Source: Defluviitaleaceae bacterium
GTDB lineage: Bacteria > Bacillota > Clostridia > Lachnospirales > WRAX01
NCBI GenBank assembly: GCA_009780485.1
Contig: WQZZ01000002.1
Span: 1-54,215, forward strand
Direction of reading: 5' to 3'
DNA: 54,215 nt
This document shows positions 25,597 through 34,858 of the stretch, in pieces. The translations under genes were made by a program, and so were the position numbers. The notes below the pieces were generated by a model. The model had not been told where the DNA came from. It worked only from the letters and a program-made list of their open reading frames with translations, and ran no database searches. Each line of letters begins with the position of its first letter. The first letter of the stretch is position 1.

Positions 25597-28500
25597 TTAC
25601 TTGGTTGCGACAGCACTTTTGCGACGTTTGACTAAGATTAAGGTTGATAAACTTGCCATAGCGACAAACCCTATAGCTGTAAAGATTGTTGTAAAAGTGT
25701 TGAAAGTGTCGTCTGTTTGAGGGTTGGTAGTTGCTGTGTCGTTTGGCGTTATTACTAATTCGTCTGCTGTTTCGTCATCATCTTCATAATCGTCATATGG
25801 TGCAGGTGCTGATTGCTGTAGACCTACTGGCTCGTCAGCCGTTGGTGCAGGTGCTGATTGCTGTGGTTCTGCTGGTTCGTTTACTACTGGAGTTGGAGCA
25901 TAAACGGCTTGTTGAGGTGCGTTTGGCTCGTATACCGTTGACTGCTCTGGTTGTGGGGTCTGGTTGTTAGTTTCTGTGTCGGGTGCGGTGTCAGGTTGCT
26001 GTGGAGCTTCGGGAGTTGTTTGCGGTGGAGTTTGGTTGTTGTCGTAGTCGTTATCGTCAGTGTCATCATCACCATTATCATCATAATCTCCACCGCCTGC
26101 ACCATTATCATCACCAATATCTGGCTCATCTACTGGCGGTTGTGGTGTAGGACGCTCTATTGGTGGGGTGGTAACGGGTAGCTCTGGTACATACCAAACA
26201 GCTTTCAGAATAGTATGACCATTAGCGAAAACGCCACCACCCATAGCAATGACTTCCACGTCCTCATTAGACATCGGTGTGTAGGTTGTACCCACTACCC
26301 TCCAGCCAAGGAAAATACGGTTAGCTTCGATGCTTTCCATGAAGTTGGCTTTAATGTCAGATTTGGTAACGTCTTTACCGTAATTGCTGATGCCCATGCT
26401 ACCTACAATTCCATTGTAAGAGCCGTAACCATCATTACCATTGTCGGGGTTAGTGTTATTATCGCCACTATCGCCACTATCTGGGTCTGCATCATAATCA
26501 CTCCCCAAATCAGGAACAACAAACCCACCCAACTCATAAAGTGAGCGTCCCTGCCTTAGAGTCGCACTTGCTACATCATCACCATCAACAACAAAGGTAA
26601 CATCCGCTTGCCAGACAGCATAAAGGCTAGTGGCTGAATTGATGTTTGTTGTAGGTGACAATGGCGTGTCGCCGTTAGGCTCATTGCTCCAGTGTACAAA
26701 CTCCCAATTGTTGTTATGGACTGTCGGTATACTCGGAAATCTCTCATTAAGAGGATTACCAAGACGAATACCACGGCTTAGTGGTTCTCCACTGGGTAGA
26801 CTAGCTAGACCACCTAAACCAGCATCGAAGTTGATAACGGCATACCATTGTGCAAATAACACAGTAGCATGAGGGAACATATAACTGGAGTTAGGGTCTA
26901 TAGTGATACCACTACCATCCATGCGGGTATTCCATCCAAGGAAAGACACACCTGCTGGAGCAGTAATTAATGGGTCGCCACCTGTGTTTGCAATACTGTT
27001 AGGGAATTGGACATAACGGGTGTAGCTATCCTGTCCATTAATAACACCTTGCACTTGAACCATGCCATAATCATCAATGACGATTGCTGGTCCGAAACCA
27101 CGGTGGAACATGATGCCTGTGTTTGCTACCCATTGAGCAAAGACTGTGGTGTTTTGTGTCATTACAGTAGTAGCATCAAACCAATGTCCTAGGGTGTCAT
27201 CTCCTGTTATGTGAGTATGCCAGCCAATAAAGGTGTGACCAAACAGCACTGGGGCTGGTAGTGACAAAGGTGTGTTTGGTGTACCAACGGCTTGATGGTT
27301 ATTAGCAATGGTTCTGCCAAGCATCACTTCTTGGGTGGTGATAAGATTACTTTGGTTAGGGTCTTGGGAATTGCGGTTATCGTTGAATGTAAGTGTACCA
27401 CCCCAAGTAGCATAGATAGTCGGTCCACCTATAATCCCCGCTTGTGCATAAGTGCCAGGGAAACTAGCACGCCCTAAAGTCCCTGTAAAAAACGAACCAG
27501 AACCATCAGGAGCTAAGTTCCAACCCATGAAGCGATAACCTACTCTTGATGTAATACCAGCTTGTCCTGTAGATACTGGGAAGTGGAAGAAACCACCACC
27601 TACATTTGGACCTACCCAGTTCATTATATTGTTGTGGGTGTTGTGGGTGTAGTTACCATCTGCAAGGTGAGGTTGTATAGCCCATGGAATAACATTAGGA
27701 TTATAAGCAACAGGGTTTGTCGGGTCTCCAGCGAACACATTTCGCACAAAGGTGTTACCCCTGTTAATATCAGTCCCACCATTAGGGTCAAACTGGATAT
27801 ACATTGCAGGTCTAAAACGTGCTGCTAGATGAACACCACCAATAGGCATTTGCCCATGTACGTTGTTATTACTTGTTCCTCTAAATCCTAACCACGCTGG
27901 TAAAGACCAGTTAGGATTTAGTTCTGGTTGGATTGGTCCTAGTTGTACTCTTATACGCTCGCCAGCTTCATCTAGCACATATTCACCCATGGCATCCAGC
28001 AAATAGGGTAGGTTTAGAGTGCCAGGAATGTCATCCACATACCAACCCATAAAGATATAACCTAGTTTAACTGGATGGGCTGGCATCTCGCCTACATTCA
28101 ACATACCTGTGCCATTACAATTGATTGTAAGTGGGTTATTTGTACCTCTATAAGATACAGGTACATTGGCAGTGTTGTTGGTATTCATATAACCATGACG
28201 GAAATCCTCTGCACCCCTTCTCCAAATCGCCCCCTCTGGGAGGTGGAAGGTAACAGATGAAGATGTTTCTACTTCTGCCCATTGTGCGTAAAGGTGTAGA
28301 CTTTGAGTAATAAGAAGAACATCATTACCACTTATGGATGTATTCCAATCAGCAGATGTGAATGTACCATCCGAAGCTACGTTTATTACATGGTCTGGAT
28401 GATAAATACGTTCAACGCTTGGGTGACTTAGGTTTGCTTGGACTGTCCAGCCTAAGAACTCTCTGCCTTGCGGACTTTCCAAAGCAGGAAGCCCATAACG

Positions 28501-30390
28501 TCTTGTAGGGTTATCTGCGGGTGTCCAAAGACCAGATGTAAAGCCTTGAGAATCGCCACCTCTTAGAGTGTCGATTAGCAGGGCTTGCCCTGCTGGTATG
28601 CCAGAACCACCCATTGCTTGGTTTTTCTGGACTAGGTATCTTGGTATCATCCGTAGTACCTCGGTACTGCGGTTTAATTCCTGCCCGCCATTAGCCACAA
28701 ACTCTATGCGGGCAACCCAGTTAGCATGAACTTCCATGGATTGGGTAATCTCTACATTGGAACGACCGTTTAAGCTCGGCAATAACCTTGTACTCAAGAA
28801 GTAAGCTATGGGGGCATCCCCAGGGGGAGCTATACGTTGGACAGGACTTGCACCACCTGCGAAATTACCTTCTGTCCACCATCTGGCTACTTGGTCTGGT
28901 GTACCTGTCCACCAGCCCTCTAAGTGAAACCCAGCAGGGGCAATCGCAACAGGAGCGCCGAACCTATAAGATGTTAGATGTTGGTTTAATGGCACAACAC
29001 CTTCACCAGTACGGCTAGAACGATGAATAGACATACCATGATGGGCTAGCCTTGTTGCCATTCCAGAACCATCATTCAACAAACCACCGTCAGATGGTGA
29101 TATTGTGCCATCGCCAGCATTAAAGGTAATGGTGTGTACAGCACCTTCTGCCCAAACGGCTTGAATTTCTAGGTTGCTATTGATGACCGTATCAACAGTG
29201 AACACATCGCCGATGACACCGCCTGTCACTACGTGCCAACCCAAAAAGGTATTAGTGGCACTGGTTGGGTTCACAGGAAACACAATGCCTGTAATGTCAG
29301 CCATATGTGAAATGGTTTCGCCACGCAGTACAACCCTTGTAGCTAGATGAGTTACATTTGTTGGGTCAGTGCCAGCAACATCCATGTTGTTTGGGATAAT
29401 ACCGCCCAGATGGAATGATACTGATAGACCCCAGACTGCATAGGCGGCTAGGTTGCCGTATTCGTCTAGGTCGTCTACGGTAATTACTGTGGATGGGGTT
29501 AAAATTCTACCATTCAAACCATTGACAGAACCATTACCAACACCATTACCATAACTGTCAGAACCATTACCGATACCACCACCATAGCCATCAGAACTAC
29601 TAATCACCCAATGAATAAAGGCATACCCATCAAGTGTAGGGTCTTGCGGGAAAACGGCAACCCTTCCGTCAGCAGTTAAGAAACTAGTTTCATCTCCAGT
29701 CAATAGCTGTCCACCCATTGGATTAAAGTGGATAGTGCCGATAGAAAAGGGCATCGCTACACGATTGCCAGCAACTGCACCGTTTACCCCGCCAGTAACT
29801 GTGCCTGTACCAGCACCCGCACCAATGCCAACACCATCACCAGAACCTGCACCAGCATTGACACCATCACCAGAACCCATGTCTGTATTTGGTGTATTTG
29901 GGTCAGATGGTGATGCTGGTGTATCTGCATTGGGTAAATCTGATGTTGGTTTGTCGCCATCATCATTGTACTTGTCGGAGTATTCATCATCGGCATCTTC
30001 GCAAGAACACTCGTCATCGGCGTACTGGTCGCAATAGTCGTAATCAGGATAATCTGCTTCTGGTTTGTTGTGTTCTGGTGAATATTCATGTTCTCCAGAA
30101 TAATCATAATCGAAATAGCGATAATCCGAATACACATCATCAGAATGGTTTTCATCGTCACCATAATAGTGACCGTTATCATAAACATAACTACCATGTC
30201 TACCATGACTATCATATCCAGCGTTTTCCGTTACACCAGCGAAAACTAGCTGGGTTGAGAAGCTGGATAGAACCATAGCAAACACCAATGTCCATGCAAT
30301 CAATCTTGATGGTATGGACTTTCTTGACTTTACTTGATTTGTTTGTGTTGACTGTATTGCTTGTATTTCCTGTAATACCTTTACTTCCAT
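25597..30390 (-). CDS. 1597-aa cell-surface protein with ~10 Listeria-Bacteroides (InlB B-repeat/Flg_new-type) repeats and a C-terminal sorting signal
   Basis: Signal peptide LIAWTLVFAMVLSSFSTQLVFA. Repeats are marked by FIHW, FLGWHV, LEGWW, FLGWTV, FMGWYV, FMGWNL, FIGWHT, FLGWNT, FVHWSN and FLGWRV. C-terminus is NPQTDDTFNTFTTIFTAIGFVAMASLSTLILVKRRKSAVATK. Confidence 0.85.
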   Translation of the reverse strand: MEVKVLQEIQAIQSTQTNQVKSRKSIPSRLIAWTLVFAMVLSSFSTQLVFAGVTENAGYDSHGRHGSYVYDNGHYYGDDENHSDDVYSDYRYFDYDYSGEHEYSPEHNKPEADYPDYDYCDQYADDECSCEDADDEYSDKYNDDGDKPTSDLPNADTPASPSDPNTPNTDMGSGDGVNAGAGSGDGVGIGAGAGTGTVTGGVNGAVAGNRVAMPFSIGTIHFNPMGGQLLTGDETSFLTADGRVAVFPQDPTLDGYAFIHWVISSSDGYGGGIGNGSDSYGNGVGNGSVNGLNGRILTPSTVITVDDLDEYGNLAAYAVWGLSVSFHLGGIIPNNMDVAGTDPTNVTHLATRVVLRGETISHMADITGIVFPVNPTSATNTFLGWHVVTGGVIGDVFTVDTVINSNLEIQAVWAEGAVHTITFNAGDGTISPSDGGLLNDGSGMATRLAHHGMSIHRSSRTGEGVVPLNQHLTSYRFGAPVAIAPAGFHLEGWWTGTPDQVARWWTEGNFAGGASPVQRIAPPGDAPIAYFLSTRLLPSLNGRSNVEITQSMEVHANWVARIEFVANGGQELNRSTEVLRMIPRYLVQKNQAMGGSGIPAGQALLIDTLRGGDSQGFTSGLWTPADNPTRRYGLPALESPQGREFLGWTVQANLSHPSVERIYHPDHVINVASDGTFTSADWNTSISGNDVLLITQSLHLYAQWAEVETSSSVTFHLPEGAIWRRGAEDFRHGYMNTNNTANVPVSYRGTNNPLTINCNGTGMLNVGEMPAHPVKLGYIFMGWYVDDIPGTLNLPYLLDAMGEYVLDEAGERIRVQLGPIQPELNPNWSLPAWLGFRGTSNNNVHGQMPIGGVHLAARFRPAMYIQFDPNGGTDINRGNTFVRNVFAGDPTNPVAYNPNVIPWAIQPHLADGNYTHNTHNNIMNWVGPNVGGGFFHFPVSTGQAGITSRVGYRFMGWNLAPDGSGSFFTGTLGRASFPGTYAQAGIIGGPTIYATWGGTLTFNDNRNSQDPNQSNLITTQEVMLGRTIANNHQAVGTPNTPLSLPAPVLFGHTFIGWHTHITGDDTLGHWFDATTVMTQNTTVFAQWVANTGIMFHRGFGPAIVIDDYGMVQVQGVINGQDSYTRYVQFPNSIANTGGDPLITAPAGVSFLGWNTRMDGSGITIDPNSSYMFPHATVLFAQWYAVINFDAGLGGLASLPSGEPLSRGIRLGNPLNERFPSIPTVHNNNWEFVHWSNEPNGDTPLSPTTNINSATSLYAVWQADVTFVVDGDDVASATLRQGRSLYELGGFVVPDLGSDYDADPDSGDSGDNNTNPDNGNDGYGSYNGIVGSMGISNYGKDVTKSDIKANFMESIEANRIFLGWRVVGTTYTPMSNEDVEVIAMGGGVFANGHTILKAVWYVPELPVTTPPIERPTPQPPVDEPDIGDDNGAGGGDYDDNGDDDTDDNDYDNNQTPPQTTPEAPQQPDTAPDTETNNQTPQPEQSTVYEPNAPQQAVYAPTPVVNEPAEPQQSAPAPTADEPVGLQQSAPAPYDDYEDDDETADELVITPNDTATTNPQTDDTFNTFTTIFTAIGFVAMASLSTLILVKRRKSAVATK

Positions 30391-30469
30391 AGTATTCCTC
30401 CTCTTTGTGAGATATAGGGCGGGAGGGACTTACGCCCTTGGGTGTGAACACTTCACCTTTGCCCCTCGC

Positions 30470-30502
30470 TCTCATCAGATGGATGGTGGTCCTCTGATGA
30501 GA
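30470..30502 (-). promoter_or_regulatory. perfect 10-bp-stem hairpin in the adhesin leader, overlapping the uORF 3' end
   Basis: TCTCATCAGA (30470-30479) and TCTGATGAGA (30493-30502), 13-nt loop. Confidence 0.6.
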
Positions 30503-30549
30503 AATGTTACTGTATTTACAGCAACTTTTTTGATGGTTTTTTGCATCAT
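30475..30549 (-). CDS. 24-aa upstream ORF in the adhesin leader
   Basis: AAAGGAG RBS, ATGATG at 30549, MMQKTIKKVAVNTVTFLIRGPPSI-stop. The stop codon lies inside the 3' arm of the hairpin. Confidence 0.35.
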   Translation of the reverse strand: MMQKTIKKVAVNTVTFLIRGPPSI

Positions 30550-30606
30550 CAAAACTCCTTTCAAGTATTAAAATTTGATTATTGAATTTGATAGTTTTTA
30601 AGATAA

Positions 30607-31170
30607 TCAAAATCCTTTTGCAAGAACAAACCGATTAAATTCTGGACACAATCCAAGACTTGCCATTAAAGCCCTATTAAATTTGTTACCAGCTTTATTT
30701 AGGCTACGTATATACCCAACTTTGTGTCTAAAGACAGATTTGTCCAATGTATGAACCTGCTCGAACTGGACAACGCTGGTTTCAAAGCGGTCAAAAGACC
30801 TCATATTCTCGAACTTTATGTCACGTTGATTTATGTAAGCGTGGGTTGGCATATGGGGCTTTTTGTCTGTTGATGTGATGATTGCCACAATCACAGTGGG
30901 AGCGTAGTGGTTGCCTATGTTGTTTTGTAGGACTAGCACAGGGCGTACACCGCATTGACTACTTCCTATGGTTTTGGGGATGTCGGCGAAGTATATGTCA
31001 CCTCGTTTGTAGATTGCGGTTATGGGGTCGAGAATTGTGTATTCTGGTATTACGTAGTTAGGTTTTTTATGGGTAGACTTTGAAACGTCATATCTTCTTT
31101 GGTATTTTCTCATGGGGTCATTTCGCCCCCTCCTTGTCTTTGTTTGGTGCATTGTTTTCAGGTTTGTCAT
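30607..31170 (-). CDS. MazF/PemK-family endoribonuclease toxin with a basic N-terminal extension
   Basis: KRGDIYFADIPKTIGSSQCGVRPVLVLQNNIGNHYAPTVIVAIITS ... SVVQFEQVHTLDKS aligns by eye with B. subtilis EndoA/MazF. Start is 31170 or ATG 31113; either leaves at least 35 extra N-terminal residues. Confidence 0.8.
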   Translation of the reverse strand: MTNLKTMHQTKTRRGRNDPMRKYQRRYDVSKSTHKKPNYVIPEYTILDPITAIYKRGDIYFADIPKTIGSSQCGVRPVLVLQNNIGNHYAPTVIVAIITSTDKKPHMPTHAYINQRDIKFENMRSFDRFETSVVQFEQVHTLDKSVFRHKVGYIRSLNKAGNKFNRALMASLGLCPEFNRFVLAKGF

Positions 31171-31435
31171 CAGATTGATTTTTGGGTTCTTTTGTTGATA
31201 CAGGCTCTTTAGGTTTTGGAGAGGTGTTTCGTAAAAGTTTTTCTACATCTTCCAAAGACACGCTATGCTTTTTCATCAGCCCTTGGATGATGCCACCCTC
31301 AATATCTTTGCCCTTGGCTTCGAGGATTGATATTTCCTGTTGGGCAATATCCAGTTGTTGGCGTAACTTGTCCGCCTTGGCATGGGCAACTAATAATTGT
31401 TTGTTGTTACTTTCAAGGCGTTGGTGTGAACTCAT
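31118..31435 (-). CDS. DUF4315-like coiled-coil conjugation protein
   Basis: ADKLRQQLDIAQQEISILEAKGKDIEGGIIQGLMKKHSVSLEDVEKLL, with size and position after VirB4 typical of DUF4315. K/P/E-rich tail. Confidence 0.6.
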   Translation of the reverse strand: MSSHQRLESNNKQLLVAHAKADKLRQQLDIAQQEISILEAKGKDIEGGIIQGLMKKHSVSLEDVEKLLRNTSPKPKEPVSTKEPKNQSDDKPENNAPNKDKEGAK

Positions 31436-34224
31436 TGGGATGCTACCTCCTTGGCTTCTTTGGTTTCATTGACTTTATTGGTTTTACTGACTTGGCTGGT
31501 CTTAATGGCTTCTTTGTTTTTGGCGAGCTTGATTGAGTTAATCGAACCAATCGGATTAGTAAAGTTGGTCGAGTGGGTCGAACCATGCAAGTCACTGGGC
31601 TTGGTAGTCATAACCTTGTAAAGCTCGGTATCTTCGGGGAATTTATCTTTAGCAGCGATTATGTTGTTGCCATACTTTATCAAGACATCGCCCTGCTCTG
31701 CGTTAGTTACATGAGCTAGATGCCCTGGCGAAATATTAAATCTTTCTGCCAATATCTTACCATCATCAGGTGCTTGGTCTAGGAGTGCTACAAACTCGCA
31801 GTTTTCAAGGATGTTTGCGACTTCTGCGGATAACAGAAACTCCTTTACATTCTGTGTAATAACAGTGGGTATTGCACCCCACTTTCTAAAACGCTTGTAC
31901 ATCTCGGCTGAGTATGACGCTGTTTGCTTATGGCGTATGAGGAGATGGAACTCGTCAGAATATGTCCATGTACCTATGCCTAAGTTTCTGTTGCGGGACA
32001 CTCTTGACCATATTTGGTCTTGAATAATGAGCATAGCTAAGGGTCGCATACTCTCCCCAAGGGATTTAGTATCAAAGCAGATAAGGCGATTATCGGCATC
32101 TATGTTGGTTTGGTGGTTAAACATTGTGTATGAACCCTTAACAAAGCGATATAGGGCGTGGGCAAGGTTTTGTGACTTTTCCTTCCAGTTACTATTTTCT
32201 GGATTTTCTGGGTCAGTTTCATTTATTAAAGCATTGTACAAATCTTCTAATATTGGCATATTTTCTGGGATAGGATTTTTAAGGTACTCACGATAAACAA
32301 CCACCACACAATGGTCGATTATTGACTGCTCTACATCTTCAAGCCCATTTGGGCGGGTAGTGATGGTTTCCATCATTGAGGCGATAAACTCGCTTTTTAA
32401 CCCGATGGGGTCGTTGGGTTCTTCTTTTGTGCCGTAATCCAACACAATGTCCATTGGGTTTATATGGGTTTTTGATGCGGTGGAGAGTTTTACTACTGTC
32501 CCACGAAGCTTTTTTACAAGGGCTGAATACTCTCCCTCTGGGTCAAGGATGAGTATGGTGTCACCAGTAGCTAGGAATACATGGACAAACTCTCTTTTTA
32601 CAAAGAAGGATTTACCAGAGCCTGGGATGCCCAGTACAACTCCGTTTGGGTTCTTTAACTTCTTACGATTGGCAAGTATAACCCTGCCCGATATAGCATT
32701 AGTGCCGTAATATATGGCTTCTGCATCCTCTTGGAATAGTTCTTGCGAGGAAAAAGGCATAAAGGCTGCAACGGCTGATGTTATTAGTTTTCTGGATAGT
32801 GGGCTTGGGATTTGGTTTACACCTAAAGCTAGGGATGATGCTAGACCCTGTTCTTGTAAGTATTCCAGTCCGTGTAATTTACAGCTATATTGTGAAGCAA
32901 TGCTTTTAGTGGATGCTATTCTTCCATCAAGGTCTGGCGGGTTGCTTGCAAGGTGCATTACTATAAAATGGGTGTCAAAAAGTTCTTCGTTTCCTTGTAA
33001 ATCCTTTATTAATCCAGTTGCAGCCTCAGAATACATCTTGATGTCTGGAGGTAGTATATCTGCGTCATAGTTTTCTCGAAAAGCTTTCTTTTGACCAGCG
33101 GACTTGGTTGCGTTTACCTCTGAAAGTTTTGCTTTGCCGTATTTTATGGCAGTGGATTTGTCCATGGGTTTTATGTGTTGTGTTATGATTATGGGGTAAT
33201 CTGTGTCTAAGAGTTTTGATAAAAACTTGTCGGGTAGTTCTTCTGCTGATATTTCTAGGTAGGACATTGCACATAGGGTTTTGTTTCCGATGGGTTGGGC
33301 AGGTTTATTGGAGTAGGACGACTTCGCTTCCAACACAAAGGTATCAGCTTGAAAACGGAAACTTTGTGGGCTTATGTAATCTTTGGTGGTGGCGTGGATG
33401 TTGTTATCTAAGGGAAACCCTGTAGCGTTTGTTTTGCGATTGCTAGGTAAAACAAATCTGTCCTTTGGGTGTGGGTTTAACTGCTTATGTAACAATTTTA
33501 ATCTCTCTTGTCCATCCAGTGGGTATGCCGTCACTCGTAAAGCCTTGAAAATCGAAAGCATTTCCCTTTCAATGCGGTTTAGTCTGTTTGAGGCATCTTT
33601 TATATTCTTGGCGTGTATGCCGAAAGTGGCGTATTTTCTTTTCACTAAGCCCTTGCCAGCGTCAGCAAGTTTTTGGCGTAGCATTGTGTAAAATTCTTTG
33701 CGTATGTTTTGGAAGCGGTCGTCTTTGCCTTGCAACTTGACAGCAGTTTCAATTTCTTGTAAATCTGGGTAGTAATTCATGTAAGTAAGTTGTAGTGAAA
33801 CATCTTCGCTGAATGAATTGAGTAATTGACACCATTGACCAAAGATGCGTCTTTTTTCGTGTTGACCAGCCATTTGGAAGTTGGTGTCCTCAAAAGCTAT
33901 GGTTTTAGTGTAGTAGTCACCTTCTACGTGACATAGACCGCTGGAGAGCATTGTTATGTATGGGATTGTGTCGTGTGGATTTGTTGGTGGTACGGCTTGT
34001 CCAAAGGCTTTTTTGTATAAGAATTGTTTGGACTGGGTGAAGAAAGAAATGGATGGTTTACGTTTAGTTGGCGGTTGGTTGGTTTGTGGTTGTTTTTGGT
34101 ACGGGGGTTGTTGGTTTTTGTTGTGTGGTTGCGGTTTGTAGTTTTGTTGGTTTTTGTGGTTCTGACCCTTGTGGTTTGGATGGTTTCTTTGGGTTGGTTG
34201 TGTTGTTTTTGTGGCTTGGGGCAT
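31432..34224 (-). CDS. VirB4-like conjugative transfer ATPase (CD1110/TcpF-type)
   Basis: Walker A GIPGSGKSFFVKRE and N-terminal IPYITMLSSGLCHVEGDYYTKTIAFEDTNFQ are typical of Firmicutes VirB4. Q/P/N/K-rich N-terminal extension. Confidence 0.9.
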   Translation of the reverse strand: MPQATKTTQPTQRNHPNHKGQNHKNQQNYKPQPHNKNQQPPYQKQPQTNQPPTKRKPSISFFTQSKQFLYKKAFGQAVPPTNPHDTIPYITMLSSGLCHVEGDYYTKTIAFEDTNFQMAGQHEKRRIFGQWCQLLNSFSEDVSLQLTYMNYYPDLQEIETAVKLQGKDDRFQNIRKEFYTMLRQKLADAGKGLVKRKYATFGIHAKNIKDASNRLNRIEREMLSIFKALRVTAYPLDGQERLKLLHKQLNPHPKDRFVLPSNRKTNATGFPLDNNIHATTKDYISPQSFRFQADTFVLEAKSSYSNKPAQPIGNKTLCAMSYLEISAEELPDKFLSKLLDTDYPIIITQHIKPMDKSTAIKYGKAKLSEVNATKSAGQKKAFRENYDADILPPDIKMYSEAATGLIKDLQGNEELFDTHFIVMHLASNPPDLDGRIASTKSIASQYSCKLHGLEYLQEQGLASSLALGVNQIPSPLSRKLITSAVAAFMPFSSQELFQEDAEAIYYGTNAISGRVILANRKKLKNPNGVVLGIPGSGKSFFVKREFVHVFLATGDTILILDPEGEYSALVKKLRGTVVKLSTASKTHINPMDIVLDYGTKEEPNDPIGLKSEFIASMMETITTRPNGLEDVEQSIIDHCVVVVYREYLKNPIPENMPILEDLYNALINETDPENPENSNWKEKSQNLAHALYRFVKGSYTMFNHQTNIDADNRLICFDTKSLGESMRPLAMLIIQDQIWSRVSRNRNLGIGTWTYSDEFHLLIRHKQTASYSAEMYKRFRKWGAIPTVITQNVKEFLLSAEVANILENCEFVALLDQAPDDGKILAERFNISPGHLAHVTNAEQGDVLIKYGNNIIAAKDKFPEDTELYKVMTTKPSDLHGSTHSTNFTNPIGSINSIKLAKNKEAIKTSQVSKTNKVNETKEAKEVASQ

Positions 34225-34798
34225 GATGCACCTCCTTTTTACTATGATTTGTTTGCACTTGTTTTGATAATGGTATGATTATCGGTGGTTTTGTTGCTGG
34301 TGGTTTTGTGGGGTGTTGGTTTTTGTGTGGTTGATGGATGGATTTAGATTGAGGTGTGGATTGGGGTTTAGGTTGGGATGCGGAGTGTAATGGGGGTTTA
34401 GGTTTGGGTATGGGTTGGGATGTAGACTTGGATTGTAAACTAAGTTTGTGCTGGAATTGGGGTTTGGATTGCGGGTTAGGTCGGTGCGTGGGACTATTCT
34501 TCTTGAAACTGCGTGAAGAAGGAAACAGCCAAAACCGTAACTTTAGCACCATCATCCTTTCCATGGATAGTCCTTCCCTTTTGTTAAATCCTAACATAAT
34601 AATGGGTATTACCACGAATATTACAATCCAAGCCGCACCAACGATGCTGATGCCGAGTAATCCAGTTGCTATTTGATAGGCTATAAAGCCAGCACCAAAG
34701 GCAATGGCTAGATATATCCATTGTTTTTTGGTTAGTATTCCAGTTTTGACTTTCATTTGGTCTAGGTCTTTGGGGATTGAGATGTAATTGTCTTCCAT
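34064..34798 (-). CDS. PrgI-family (TcpE-like) small T4SS membrane protein with a long P/Q/K/S-rich tail
   Basis: First ~100 aa carry two TM helices (LTKKQWIYLAIAFGAGFIAYQIATGLLGISIVGAAWIVIFVVIPIIMLGF) in the standard position upstream of VirB4. The tail overlaps the virB4 start by 161 nt. Confidence 0.6.
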   Translation of the reverse strand: MEDNYISIPKDLDQMKVKTGILTKKQWIYLAIAFGAGFIAYQIATGLLGISIVGAAWIVIFVVIPIIMLGFNKREGLSMERMMVLKLRFWLFPSSRSFKKNSPTHRPNPQSKPQFQHKLSLQSKSTSQPIPKPKPPLHSASQPKPQSTPQSKSIHQPHKNQHPTKPPATKPPIIIPLSKQVQTNHSKKEVHHAPSHKNNTTNPKKPSKPQGSEPQKPTKLQTATTQQKPTTPVPKTTTNQPTAN

Positions 34799-34858
34799 GT
34801 GTTTTCATCCTTTCTTGGGTGGTTTGTGGTTTGGTTGCTGTGGGTTGGTTTAGGTTAG

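Noticed and set aside
30212-30610. 132-aa minus-strand ORF overlapping the adhesin start and leader
   Set aside because: It overlaps the adhesin signal-peptide region in another frame and has no RBS. The space is better explained by the leader uORF and hairpin.
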